From an uncultured Bacteroidales bacterium (GTDB lineage: Bacteria > Bacteroidota > Bacteroidia > Bacteroidales > JAGOPY01): a stretch of DNA of 64,000 nt. The stretch is from positions 21,094 to 85,093 of the forward strand of contig CAYJNJ010000003.1 of assembly GCA_964371595.1 (NCBI GenBank). Reading direction: 5' to 3'. The notes below the pieces were generated by a model, which worked only from the letters and a program-made list of their open reading frames with translations, searched no databases and was not told the origin of the DNA. Of this stretch, positions 63,811 to 64,000 are shown piece by piece; the first letter of the stretch is position 1, and every line of letters starts with the position of its first letter. The position numbers were made by a program, and so were the translations under genes.

Positions 63811-64000
63811 ATGTCAATTTTAGATGTATTCAAAAGAAATAAGAAAATAGAAGAAAGAAGTTTTGATGAATGGACTAATCCAATAATAGGAACATTAAAT
63901 ATAAGTTCACCTACTTCATACACTTCAGTGAAGGCGATGAAACTTTCTACAGTTTATCGTTGTGTTAATTTGATTTCAGATTCGATTGCTTCAATGCCTA
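63811..64000 (+). CDS. Phage portal protein, HK97 family (5' part; runs off the window)
   Basis: My translation is MSILDVFKRNKKIEERSF...MKLSTVYRCVNLISDSIASMP. The (A/S)(T/A)VYRCV.LI...IASLP motif is typical of HK97-type portals. Confidence 0.6.
   Translation, partial: MSILDVFKRNKKIEERSFDEWTNPIIGTLNISSPTSYTSVKAMKLSTVYRCVNLISDSIASMP

Larger units (their letters stand above)
49377..64000. mobile_element. Prophage (left end and >14.6 kb of it; continues beyond the window), integrated in comM
   Basis: Abrupt visible shift to very AT-rich DNA exactly where comM homology ends. Densely packed small ORFs, a large terminase and an HK97-type portal lie at the right edge. Confidence 0.8.

Noticed and set aside
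49377-64000. Search for an integrase, transposase or recombinase within the visible part of the element.
   Set aside because: No ORF shows tyrosine (R..H..R..Y) or serine recombinase motifs, or DDE signatures. The integrase is presumably at the far end, outside the window.

Overview
All family assignments below rest on motifs I recognise by eye in the supplied translations. No searches or composition statistics were run.

The window looks like a Bacteroidota-type chromosome. Support for this: TAnnTTTG -7 promoter boxes, two proteins with T9SS C-terminal sorting domains, and the uppS-bamA-skp-skp gene order.

Bases 1 to about 49,376 are host DNA, mostly housekeeping genes: lgt, dprA, rsgA, nadK, uppS, bamA, two skp/ompH, nadB, sucAB, a 55-aa ferredoxin missed by the ORF track, korAB, tilS, a dsbD-like gene, gap, folK and a deoxynucleoside kinase.

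Accessory content in the host part:
- A PIN toxin-antitoxin cassette bracketed by two ~132-bp direct repeats (1.27-2.25 kb).
- A family of intergenic 'stutter-palindrome' hairpins.
- At 40.3-44.4 kb, the most notable locus. It is an HvfABC-like operon: a Cys-Gly-repeat precursor, a DUF692/MNIO enzyme, a DUF2063 partner and a cytochrome P460-like lipoprotein. It is transcribed divergently from an ECF sigma / anti-sigma / DoxX set.

At about 49,377 the sequence becomes visibly very AT-rich, and a comM (yifB-type Mg-chelatase-like) gene is cut off. This marks the left end of a prophage that runs past the window end.

Prophage layout:
- A left-end accessory island (49.4-55.0 kb). It holds an MjaI-like restriction enzyme with an SPPY methyltransferase, two unknown membrane proteins and two pairs of small paralogues.
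- A leftward operon (55.2-59.5 kb). It includes a ParB-HTH-DPPY methyltransferase frame broken by two in-frame TAA codons.
- A repeat-rich control region (59.49-59.94 kb).
- A rightward operon ending in a large terminase and the start of an HK97-type portal gene.

No rRNA, tRNA, CRISPR array, integrase or transposase was seen in the window.
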